Positions 8,269-15,314 of a stretch of 16,544 nt of DNA are shown piece after piece. The stretch is taken from IMG/VR virus record IMGVR_UViG_2695420569_000027; one strand, given 5' to 3'. The notes below the pieces were generated by a model that had not been told where the DNA came from, made no database searches, and saw only the letters and a program-made list of their open reading frames with translations. The first letter of the stretch is position 1. Every line of letters starts with the position of its first letter. Both the position numbers and the translations under genes were made by a program. Source of the stretch: a virus (taxonomy: Duplodnaviria > Heunggongvirae > Uroviricota > Caudoviricetes).

Positions 8269-9426
8269 TTAATCGTCGTCCTGTGGCAGTTCCAGAATCT
8301 TGATCGCGTTCGAATCCACCACGCCACCGCCTAAATATTTCTGCGCGAAAATTTTGATGAAGCCCGGCTCTGTGAGGTTGTCCGGTCTGGTGCGAACACC
8401 TGTTTCGTGATCAACAATGTAGTAACCGCGTTTGAAGTCACCCAGGGCAATAACGTTATCCGGCATAAACTCCAGATATTCGACCGGAAGGCCCAGCAAC
8501 GTATCAGGATCACCCGCCTGTAAACGGTCACGCCAGATGTAATCACCGTTCGCGTTCTTCACCTTCTGGAGTTTTGCCGCCGTCGTGGAGTTAACCACCC
8601 AGACCGCGTTTTTGCGGTATTTTTTACGTAATGCAAATTTCAGGTCGATCAGCGGGTCCGCAGATGTCCACGCCAGAGATTCGGAAGGTTTAATTACCTG
8701 CAACGTACCAAAATCACGCTCTTTGTCGTTCTTCTCTGCACGGGGTACGGATAAAAAGCCTTTTGCTTTTTTGTCACCGTCGCCCACAACCAGATCGCTT
8801 TCTTCGGTTTCCGTGAAGGTGTCGCCAATCTCGCCCGTCAGCCATGAAAGGATGTCCACATCGGAAAAATCCACGATTTCCTGCGTGGTGCGCGGGTACG
8901 CATAGACCGGATACAGCTTAATGCTCACCTCGTTAATCTGCGGGGTGCTGGTCTGTTCGCGTGCCTTACCCTCTTCACCGTGGTTAACGGTCGCACCGCC
9001 AGCGGAAACAAGCTGCTTAAACTCGTTGCTGCTGATTTTCTTCACGGTACAGATGCGGCGCATGGTGGATTCATCCGTCAGCATTCGCATGATTTCGGTG
9101 TTCAGTTCGGGGATAACGGTATAACCACCATCAGCGGGAACGCCTGTACTCAATGCGCGGGTTTCACCTGTCAGAATGTAGTGACGTAGTTCGGCGGGGT
9201 CAGTGGTCTGGCTGTTTTTGCCTGGTTTACTGCGCTCTTCGTCAGCAACGGCCTCAAGGCGGGAGATGTCTTTATCGAGGGATTCAGCTTTAGCGCGTAA
9301 TTCGTCAAATTTTGCGCCCTCAGCATCGTTAAGGCTGCGGTTTTCTTTTTCCGCGTTCTCCAGCATGTCGCGCATCTGATTTTTAATGGCGGTTTTCTGC
9401 TGGCGTAATTCGATTATTCTCGGCAT
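8269..9426 (-). CDS. Major capsid protein, HK97 fold, with N-terminal delta/scaffold-like domain
   Basis: About 385 aa from the ATG at 9426 (the track ORF begins at an upstream GTG at 9474). The N-terminal ~100 aa are coiled-coil rich, like an HK97 delta domain, followed by a capsid core. Confidence 0.9.
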   Translation of the reverse strand: MPRIIELRQQKTAIKNQMRDMLENAEKENRSLNDAEGAKFDELRAKAESLDKDISRLEAVADEERSKPGKNSQTTDPAELRHYILTGETRALSTGVPADGGYTVIPELNTEIMRMLTDESTMRRICTVKKISSNEFKQLVSAGGATVNHGEEGKAREQTSTPQINEVSIKLYPVYAYPRTTQEIVDFSDVDILSWLTGEIGDTFTETEESDLVVGDGDKKAKGFLSVPRAEKNDKERDFGTLQVIKPSESLAWTSADPLIDLKFALRKKYRKNAVWVVNSTTAAKLQKVKNANGDYIWRDRLQAGDPDTLLGLPVEYLEFMPDNVIALGDFKRGYYIVDHETGVRTRPDNLTEPGFIKIFAQKYLGGGVVDSNAIKILELPQDDD

Positions 9427-9517
9427 AAAAAAAGTCCTGAAGTTAAGTAAGGAACTCCAGGACGCGGCAAACACTCAACCGTTTTTCATAAGGAAATCAG
9501 CAATCGCACCGATCGTT

Positions 9518-9563
9518 TTCCCGCCTGGTAATGAATATTGGCGGGCACATTAACAGGCGGGAA
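9518..9563. promoter_or_regulatory. 10-bp inverted repeat (ttcccgcctg / caggcgggaa) in the capsid-operon leader
   Basis: 9518-9527 is the exact reverse complement of 9554-9563; the 26-bp spacer contains a partial ggcggg copy. Confidence 0.25.
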
Positions 9564-9640
9564 AGTGGCCCCAGCGTCCTGGCACCACGGGCGAGAATAA
9601 TCATGATTCAGTTCGGGTAAAATATGCCGATCCGGTCAGC

Positions 9641-9666
9641 GAACAACGTGGAACAACCACGAACAA
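9641..9666. repeat. Three GAACAA hexamers at exact 10-bp phasing (site B), upstream of the capsid operon
   Basis: gaacaa at 9641, 9651 and 9661. 17 of 18 bases match the reverse complement of 15223-15240, and 15 of 15 match 2178-2192. Confidence 0.4.
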
Positions 9667-9684
9667 ATAATTTACAAAACATGA

Positions 9685-9707
9685 CAAAAAGCCGGATTGC
9701 TCCGGCT
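9685..9707 (-). terminator. Rho-independent terminator after the PerC-like gene
   Basis: Minus-strand RNA AGCCGGA-GCAA-UCCGGCU (7-bp GC-rich stem, GNRA-type loop) followed by UUUUUGU. Confidence 0.55.
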
Positions 9708-9713
9708 GTGTGA

Positions 9714-9986
9714 TTATCTGTCCTGGTAATTTCGCCATATTTCATCACCAGCACCATCCATACCCATTTCGGCATAAGTGCGATCGACCGCCTTTTTCAG
9801 GTCTCCGTAATTATCCGGCGGCTCCGGTGGCCTCTGTGCCTTCCTGGAACATTCCAGCCGTCGCATCGTGATGTGATGCCGTTCCTTGTCTGTCTCCACC
9901 AGTTGCATGACTTCACCCCATCGCGCCGACGCTCTCCGGTAAAAGCCTTTCGCCTCCAGTTCTTCCGCTATGCGGTCATGTACCAT
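9714..9986 (-). CDS. PerC-family-like transcriptional activator (putative)
   Basis: From the ATG at 9986: MVHDRIAEELEAKGFYRRASARWGEVM..., which matches my recollection of the PerC/Pch signature (LE.KG..RRA..RW). The ssb stop is 13 nt upstream. Confidence 0.5.
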   Translation of the reverse strand: MVHDRIAEELEAKGFYRRASARWGEVMQLVETDKERHHITMRRLECSRKAQRPPEPPDNYGDLKKAVDRTYAEMGMDGAGDEIWRNYQDR

Positions 9987-9998
9987 CGTCCCCACCCC

Positions 9999-10409
9999 TC
10001 AGAACGGAATATCATCACCGTAAGGGTCATCGCCTCCCGCTGGTGGCTGATTACCCTGTGTGCCTGTGGTCTTGCGTCGGCTCCCACCAAGACGTGCCGC
10101 ACGGGCACTGATTACGCTGTCTGCAATAACCTGATAACCCTGCCGCGTTTCCCCGTTCTGTCCGGTCCACTGGCTGACCTGCATCGTGCCGGATACGCTG
10201 GCAACGTCGCCTTTTTGATGTTTAGCCAGGAAGTCGGCCTGCTTACCAAATGCGATGACCGATAGCCATAACGTCGCCTGTCCATCCTGTGCCTGGCTGC
10301 ATGGCAGCGATACCGCCATACGCGCCAGCGTCATCGGTGTACCCTTGCTGGTCTGTTTTACCTGCGGGTCGTCCACCAGCCGCCCGTAAGCTGCAATTTG
10401 TGCTGTCAT
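9999..10409 (-). CDS. ssb: Single-stranded DNA-binding protein
   Basis: 136 aa with an OB-fold-like N-terminus, a Gly/Pro-rich linker and the hallmark acidic tail ending DDIPF. GAGGTG lies 6 nt upstream of the ATG. Confidence 0.92.
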   Translation of the reverse strand: MTAQIAAYGRLVDDPQVKQTSKGTPMTLARMAVSLPCSQAQDGQATLWLSVIAFGKQADFLAKHQKGDVASVSGTMQVSQWTGQNGETRQGYQVIADSVISARAARLGGSRRKTTGTQGNQPPAGGDDPYGDDIPF

Positions 10410-10418
10410 ATTGCCACC

Positions 10419-10724
10419 TCAGTGAAGCGATCCGGCGTTGTTCTTTTTCATCTCTTCCATCATTTTTTCAGTGAGCATTACGCACTGAAAACCCATGTTT
10501 TTGATGTCTACGGGCTTCATGCCTTTATCAGTGGATATCACAGGCAGAATATCCTGATACACATCGCGGTCAGGGTAACTAAGCACACAAAGCGCCCATG
10601 ATGCCACGGGTGAGGATCCTTCGTCTGTTTCAACCCACCAGCCTGGTGTAGCTGCGCTTATTTGCTGAATCGTGATCCGTCCGTTGTGCTTGTAAAGTTT
10701 TTCACCAAATTTTGGTTCGCTCAT
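10419..10724 (-). CDS. Hypothetical protein (101 aa)
   Basis: ATG at 10724 with GGAGAG 8 nt upstream, overlapping the upstream stop (ATGA). No family recognised. Confidence 0.5.
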   Translation of the reverse strand: MSEPKFGEKLYKHNGRITIQQISAATPGWWVETDEGSSPVASWALCVLSYPDRDVYQDILPVISTDKGMKPVDIKNMGFQCVMLTEKMMEEMKKNNAGSLH

Positions 10725-10972
10725 GATTCCAACTCTCCGGTTTTAACGTTGATGGTTGTTACCTGTTCCGCTTCGGCAATCTCCCGTTCTGTCAGCGTGG
10801 CAAAGTTTGCCGCCGCCGTGGTCATGAATGCGCTTATCAGGTCGGGATGTTCCTTCGCGTATCCTTCCCGCGTGTGGCGGTCTATCGTTCTGATTGCCAC
10901 CTTTAAGGTGTGCTCAGTCATGTCTAACGCTTTATATTTTGGCTCTGTTCTGTCTCTGCGTTTTTGGGTCAT
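10721..10972 (-). CDS. Hypothetical protein (~83 aa)
   Basis: Start moved to the ATG at 10972 (GAGAGG upstream), because the track's GTG-initiated N-terminus is translated from the iteron repeats. Confidence 0.4.
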   Translation of the reverse strand: MTQKRRDRTEPKYKALDMTEHTLKVAIRTIDRHTREGYAKEHPDLISAFMTTAAANFATLTEREIAEAEQVTTINVKTGELES

Positions 10973-10984
10973 TTCTCGCAACCT

Positions 10985-11174
10985 CTCACTTTTTCGCCTC
11001 ACTTTTTCAAGCGTCTCACTTCGTCGCAGTTGGGATTTTCGGTTTTTCTATGTGTGTGTTTCATAAGTATTTTTTCACCCCTCACTTTTGAGGATGTATA
11101 CAGGTCGAAAAGTGAGGGGGAGCGGGCTAATTTTGGCCCTCTTTCTATCCCCCTCGCTTTTGCTCCTCACTTTT
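10985..11174. repeat. Iteron cluster (CTCACTTTT) flanking an AT-rich core: candidate replication origin
   Basis: CTCACTTTT at 10985, 10998, 11081 and 11166; variants at 11015 and 11153; an inverted copy (aaaagtgag) at 11108. An AT-rich tgtgtgtgtt tract lies between the clusters. The whole region is immediately 3' of the rep gene. Confidence 0.5.
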
Positions 11175-12573
11175 ATAGCGGCGCTACATCATCCCCATCG
11201 ATACGAATAACCCCATCTTTTTCCAGCTTGTACAGCCAGCGCCGGAAGTTTTTCATTTCATACCCCAGCTTTTTCATGTCATCACGTAACATCTGGATCG
11301 TGCACTTGTCGCCGTTCTGTGTGCGTGAACGGATGCACCCCCATAGCGCGGTATGGTTTTCCGTCTTGTTCCCTGCCTCCTCGATGCGCTCCAGTTCAAC
11401 AGGAGGGCGCGGATCATCCACCACCACCAGCGACGTGATTAATTCACCGTCAGCGTCGGTAAAAAGCTCCACCACGCGTAAGTCATATGCGGCTTCTTTG
11501 AGTTCCTCCGCGTCCTTCATTTTGGTGCATGAGATAACCAGCGCTTCGCTTCCTGCGTCCTCCCTGCGTATCCGGTATTCAGCATCCAGCGAAGCACGAA
11601 ATGCACTGGAACCGCGCGCGCCTTTCGTCTCATCCTTGCCGGAATGGTGAACCACCAGCACCGTGGCCCCTGTGCGTCGTTTCAGTTCGTCACAACCACG
11701 GATAAACGCCCCCATATCACGGGAATCATTTTCATCATTCCCACCAAAGCAACGCGCCAGCGTATCCAGAATAATCATGCGTACAGGTTTACCCGTTTCC
11801 CGCTCCACCTGACGGGCAGCGATAACCATTTCATCAACATCAAGCGGGGCAGCCGGAAAGATGGGGCGGTTTACCAGATACAGATTTTTCACCTGCTCAT
11901 CGTGCACAACCTCCCAGGCTTTTACACGACGCGGAACACCTATACCGCCTTCACCAACCACATAGAGAACCGCACCATGTGCAACCCTGCGGCCTCCCCA
12001 CTGGCGACCAGTGGCAACATGGCACGCCCACGATCCGGCAAGGAATGATTTATAGGACCCGCTAGCCCCGTATATGCTGCATAGCGATACCGCCGGAATA
12101 ATCCCCTTAACCACGTAATCCAGTTGCGTGTCGTATCCGGTAGATCCAACGCTCATCGGTAGCGTGGTTTTTCGCTGGTGGTTTTTTTCTTCCGCCGGCT
12201 CTTTCCCGCGCACCCGTTCCAGGTATTCGCGCCAGTTCTCCCGCATATGGCTGTGCATCCCTTCGGGGTAATAATTCGCATCAGTTACGCCCGCCGCCGC
12301 CAGCTTGTGCGCAATGGCATTAATATTTGATGGCCTGATGTGGCCTGCCTTGTACAGCCGGACACAATAGCGCCCCTCGTCGATGATTCTCAGGTCTGCC
12401 AGTTCATCCAGTTGATCATCAGCCAGCACAATGGGAGGCACATTATCGCCAGCCAGTCGCCCGTCCTGTTCCTGCCACTGTTTCGCATGTGCCCACGCAT
12501 CACTACCCGCAAAAATGATGACTTCGGTCATCTTGTCGTAAGGCTGTTTTTTTAAGTTCGGTGCGCTTTTCAT
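11173..12573 (-). CDS. Replication initiator with AAA_25 / RecA-like ATPase domain (PICI Rep-like)
   Basis: 466 aa with Walker A (GASGSYKSF), Walker B-like (MIILDTLARCF) and the HHSGKD motif typical of RepA/AAA_25 replication ATPases. Which satellite Rep subfamily it belongs to is not resolved. Confidence 0.8.
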   Translation of the reverse strand: MKSAPNLKKQPYDKMTEVIIFAGSDAWAHAKQWQEQDGRLAGDNVPPIVLADDQLDELADLRIIDEGRYCVRLYKAGHIRPSNINAIAHKLAAAGVTDANYYPEGMHSHMRENWREYLERVRGKEPAEEKNHQRKTTLPMSVGSTGYDTQLDYVVKGIIPAVSLCSIYGASGSYKSFLAGSWACHVATGRQWGGRRVAHGAVLYVVGEGGIGVPRRVKAWEVVHDEQVKNLYLVNRPIFPAAPLDVDEMVIAARQVERETGKPVRMIILDTLARCFGGNDENDSRDMGAFIRGCDELKRRTGATVLVVHHSGKDETKGARGSSAFRASLDAEYRIRREDAGSEALVISCTKMKDAEELKEAAYDLRVVELFTDADGELITSLVVVDDPRPPVELERIEEAGNKTENHTALWGCIRSRTQNGDKCTIQMLRDDMKKLGYEMKNFRRWLYKLEKDGVIRIDGDDVAPL

Positions 12574-12869
12574 TTCTTGCCCCTGAATCCGTTAACCATG
12601 GTTTTCAGCTTCTGGATGTTTGCCCGTGCCCTGGCGTTGCTGGTGGGCACGTTATGCGGCGCGGTCTGTACCAGAGAAAAATCACGCCGGAACTGATAAA
12701 CAGGCATCACGCAATCATATTCGTAACCTTCACGGCGGTAGGTTACGCGCCGTTCTTCCACGCCCTTAATCATTACCGTGCCGCCGTACTGGTCGCGGTA
12801 AATATCACCGCGCGTAAATTTAGGGTGAGTGTTGCCACTGGCAGTTAAGCCAGAATATTTAAGTTTCAT
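12570..12869 (-). CDS. Hypothetical protein (99 aa)
   Basis: Stop overlaps the rep start (ATGA); part of the tightly packed operon. Confidence 0.5.
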   Translation of the reverse strand: MKLKYSGLTASGNTHPKFTRGDIYRDQYGGTVMIKGVEERRVTYRREGYEYDCVMPVYQFRRDFSLVQTAPHNVPTSNARARANIQKLKTMVNGFRGKK

Positions 12870-12874
12870 TATTT

Positions 12875-13108
12875 TTATTCTCCGGTGTGCTGTTCTTTAT
12901 ATCTGTCGTGCAATAGATCTATTTCTTGCAGTTCCATTATTACAGGCTCAAGAAGCGTTATTAATGCCGTGGCAATTCTTGATTTTTGTTTGTCGCGTTC
13001 ATTGTCGCCAAGTGTTTCAAGCCATATGCGCAATATTTCCAGCATGTTTTCACTGTGAGAAAGTGCAAGAAATGCGCGGTCTATTGTTTGGTGGTAAATA
13101 TCACGCAT
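12875..13108 (-). CDS. Hypothetical protein (77 aa)
   Basis: Overlaps the upstream gene by 8 nt; predicted helical. Confidence 0.45.
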   Translation of the reverse strand: MRDIYHQTIDRAFLALSHSENMLEILRIWLETLGDNERDKQKSRIATALITLLEPVIMELQEIDLLHDRYKEQHTGE

Positions 13109-13565
13109 GGCTTACATCCTCAGGAAATTTTCTTCTATAACGCGCCTCTGCCACATATTCCGCATAATCGGCGGCGATATTCAGTACATCAAGCCCCGTT
13201 GATTTATATTCTCTCGTGGAAAGTAAGAAAAAAGCCGCTCTAATAAGTTCTGGCATTGACGAAAGCGCATCAGCCGCATCATCAGGAACGCCGGAAAATT
13301 CCTGTTTCAGGGAATTAAAACGATCATCACGCATAACCCCCCCATTTTCACAATCAGCAATCAGGATAGCTTTGGCCTCATTCAGCGCCGTATCAGCACT
13401 AAATTGCATGACAGCCAGTGAGTGAGGAACGAAAGCACCGGCATATTCTGTTTCGCTGGTGGCGTGCTTATGTGCCCTGTCCGCGATAACAGAAATATCA
13501 ATCAGCGCGTGCATCAGCGTTTTGATGGCTTCGGCGGCTGCGTCCGGTGTGGTTTTATTGTGCAT
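13101..13565 (-). CDS. Hypothetical protein (154 aa)
   Basis: Largest unassigned ORF in the early operon; start overlaps the upstream gene's 3' end. Confidence 0.55.
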   Translation of the reverse strand: MHNKTTPDAAAEAIKTLMHALIDISVIADRAHKHATSETEYAGAFVPHSLAVMQFSADTALNEAKAILIADCENGGVMRDDRFNSLKQEFSGVPDDAADALSSMPELIRAAFFLLSTREYKSTGLDVLNIAADYAEYVAEARYRRKFPEDVSHA

Positions 13566-13767
13566 AAAGCATCCCCTGAATATTCGTGTTAATCATTCCG
13601 GCACGTTTTGTGATTTCCTGTAATGATTCCCTTGTGGCGACAATTGCTTCATCTGGTAAGTGGTAATTACACACCACGCGACCTTTATCCACATTGACCA
13701 GTAGCTGCCCTGTGAATTTCTCACGAAACTGAATGCGGTTAAGGTCAGTAAGTGACAGATTAATCAT
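13555..13767 (-). CDS. Hypothetical protein (~70 aa)
   Basis: Start at the internal ATG at 13767 (MINLSL...) with AGGAGG 6 nt upstream; the track ORF extends further upstream. Confidence 0.45.
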   Translation of the reverse strand: MINLSLTDLNRIQFREKFTGQLLVNVDKGRVVCNYHLPDEAIVATRESLQEITKRAGMINTNIQGMLYAQ

Positions 13768-13957
13768 GGCGCACCTCCTGACGAATACGGGCGGCAAATA
13801 CAGCAACACAACCGGACGGGCAACGGTTACGCGCTTCGCGTTCCGTCCAGGCGGTTACGTGGATGATTTGAGATTCTCCGGCACTCAGTGCCAGAAAACG
13901 CCACACAAAGGCCGTTTGTGTGTGTACAAGGTGTGGTATATGATTTACGGCAACCAT
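13760..13957 (-). CDS. Small hypothetical protein (~65 aa), first gene of the minus-strand early operon
   Basis: ATG at 13957 preceded by AGGAG 5 nt upstream; the stop overlaps the next start. The remainder of the 314-aa track ORF upstream is judged spurious. Confidence 0.3.
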   Translation of the reverse strand: MVAVNHIPHLVHTQTAFVWRFLALSAGESQIIHVTAWTEREARNRCPSGCVAVFAARIRQEVRHD

Positions 13958-14045
13958 AACGGCTCCTAGTTTACGTTGTTGGTTAGACGCCCCGTATGTG
14001 TTCCCAGCACTGCGGGGCGTTGATTTTTGTGTAATGGCAAGTACA

Positions 14046-14090
14046 ATGGTAATTACCATGTAGGTATAGTAATAAAGGGTAATTACCATG
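14046..14090. promoter_or_regulatory. Paired palindromic operators (GGTAATTACC core) overlapping the divergent promoter region
   Basis: ATGGTAATTACCAT at 14046-14059 is a perfect 14-bp palindrome; GGTAATTACC recurs at 14078-14087 directly before the ATG at 14088 (30 bp centre to centre). A TATAGT -10-like hexamer at 14065-14070 lies between them. Confidence 0.5.
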
Positions 14091-14261
14091 TCAACACCAT
14101 TAGAAAAACGTTCGCCTCCATACCAAATGCGATTACCGGAAGACTTCAGAGCGCAGCTAGAAGAAGCAGCTAAGGCCGATGGCGACACATCTTTAGCCAC
14201 TTGGATTAAACGCGTTCTCCGCAAAGAATTACAGCAACGCGGCATAGAACCCAAAGGATAA
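14088..14261 (+). CDS. Arc/MetJ-type ribbon-helix-helix DNA-binding protein (57 aa), putative repressor
   Basis: Not in the ORF track (under 60 aa). MSTPLEKRSPPYQMRLPEDFRAQLEEAAKADGDTSLATWIKRVLRKELQQRGIEPKG has the beta-strand/helix/helix pattern of Arc-like repressors, and the start codon is embedded in the operator palindrome. Confidence 0.6.
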   Translation: MSTPLEKRSPPYQMRLPEDFRAQLEEAAKADGDTSLATWIKRVLRKELQQRGIEPKG

Positions 14262-14318
14262 AAACTATCAGCGCCGTGGTGTGAGGTATTACGGCGCATT
14301 GCTATGCAGGACAACACA

Positions 14319-14492
14319 ATGACCGATAAAGAATTGACCAAAACATTATCACCGGCACGGAAAAGACGGCGCAGAAAGATAGAGCATGAATCAGAAAGAT
14401 TCGCGCCATGTGCTTTTGCCCTTGAGCAATTCCTTAAAGAGTACAGGGAAACGCGCCCATTGCAGGTATGGCAACGAACTGAACCAGACTGA
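14319..14492 (+). CDS. Small basic protein (57 aa), co-oriented with the RHH gene
   Basis: Internal ATG at 14319 with AGGA 8 nt upstream (MTDKELTKTLSPARKRRRRKIEH...). No family recognised; it may be non-coding. Confidence 0.3.
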   Translation: MTDKELTKTLSPARKRRRRKIEHESERFAPCAFALEQFLKEYRETRPLQVWQRTEPD

Positions 14493-14587
14493 TAGCATTG
14501 CCCACCAGCCTGATAGCGGCTATCATCCCCGTGCTTATGTTTGGGATCATATACACATAAGGCGCAGCGGGTTATCTGTTCAGAAAG

Positions 14588-14615
14588 GCGGCTCCATTTC
14601 GGGGCCGCTTTTTTT
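14588..14615 (+). terminator. Rho-independent terminator for the plus-strand RHH module
   Basis: GCGGCUCC-AUUUC-GGGGCCGC (8-bp stem with one G-U pair) followed by seven T. Confidence 0.55.
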
Positions 14616-14761
14616 ATGCCTGAAAAACCCCAATTTTGTGGTTTTCCAGTCTCACCAGGGCGAACGAATCCCCGCCCACGTTCTGGCGTATATTCAATCT
14701 TCATGGTTATAGCTCTGTGTTCAGATGATTGATGTGTGGCGGCTGTGTGCCGCCAGCGTGA

Positions 14762-14950
14762 TTAATGAACTGCCTTGCAGCTATCCTTCCAGGCCAGAAC
14801 CTCGGATAAAGACCAGCCAACGGAACGACCGCCAAGTTTACGACGTGATGGGAATTGTCCGGCCTTTTCCAGGCGGTAGCGACACGTACGGCTAAGGCCG
14901 GTTAGTTTTTCGCATTCTTTTTCACGTATAAACCGATCAGTGCTTAACAC
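14762..14950 (-). CDS. alpA: AlpA-family transcriptional regulator / excisionase-like protein
   Basis: 62 aa; EKLTGLSRTCRYRLEKAGQFPSRRKLGGRSVGWSLSEVLAWK matches the AlpA (Phage_AlpA) winged-helix signature. GTG start with GGGGG upstream. Confidence 0.88.
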   Translation of the reverse strand: MLSTDRFIREKECEKLTGLSRTCRYRLEKAGQFPSRRKLGGRSVGWSLSEVLAWKDSCKAVH

Positions 14951-15222
14951 TATTGCCCCCTTTCGTTTCTTAAAGAGTCATCAGGTGTCTTATTGTGTCG
15001 TATTGTTCCCGCTAGAGTGATGAATGGCAAATACTGAGGATGTATGATTTACAGAAAATGAAAAAGTAAGAATAAAATCTTTTAAATTCATGTTAATACA
15101 AAGGCATAAAATATTGTTCCATGCCTTTTTTCTCGCTCTTTAAAGAGTGATTCGCTAGTGTATAAAAAACCAGTAACACATTAAAAATCAGCTACTTATA
15201 AATCCGTACGCTTTTTCGCCTC

Positions 15223-15275
15223 TTGTTCGTAGTTGTTCCACATTGTTGCTCATTGTTGCACGTTGTATCTGTTCG
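15223..15275. repeat. Five to six TTGTTC-type hexamers at exact 10-bp phasing (site A), in the int-alpA intergenic region
   Basis: ttgttc at 15223 and 15233, ttgttg at 15243 and 15253, ttgtat at 15263, tgttc at 15270. The first 18 bp are the reverse complement of site B with one mismatch. Confidence 0.45.
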
Positions 15276-15314
15276 CATATCCAGTATGCGCATACTGAAA
15301 AAACACGAAAAAAA

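Noticed and set aside
3085-9474. Degraded complete prophage rather than a satellite
   Set aside because: The head and packaging module is compact and apparently intact, and it is flanked directly by int/alpA/rep on one side and the chromosome on the other, with no tail, lysis or lambdoid regulatory remnants inside the window.
10985-11174. CRISPR array
   Set aside because: The repeats are 9-bp units with irregular spacing and no spacer structure of 28-37 bp; they are interpreted as iterons.
10662-12048. Plus-strand ORFs of 134, 65, 228 and 134 aa
   Set aside because: All are antisense to the rep gene, the hypothetical genes or the iteron region, and are low-complexity (Ser/Phe-rich); typical shadow ORFs.
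13760-14704. 314-aa minus-strand ORF spanning the alpA-proximal region
   Set aside because: Its composition is Cys/Arg/Ser-rich and unprotein-like, it runs antisense through the Arc-like gene, operators and terminator, and only its last ~65 codons have a convincing ribosome-binding site. Only that 3' portion (13760-13957) was kept, at low confidence.
14386-14712. 108-aa plus-strand ORF
   Set aside because: It reads straight through the strong intrinsic terminator at 14588-14615 and overlaps the 14319-14492 ORF in another frame; most likely not coding.
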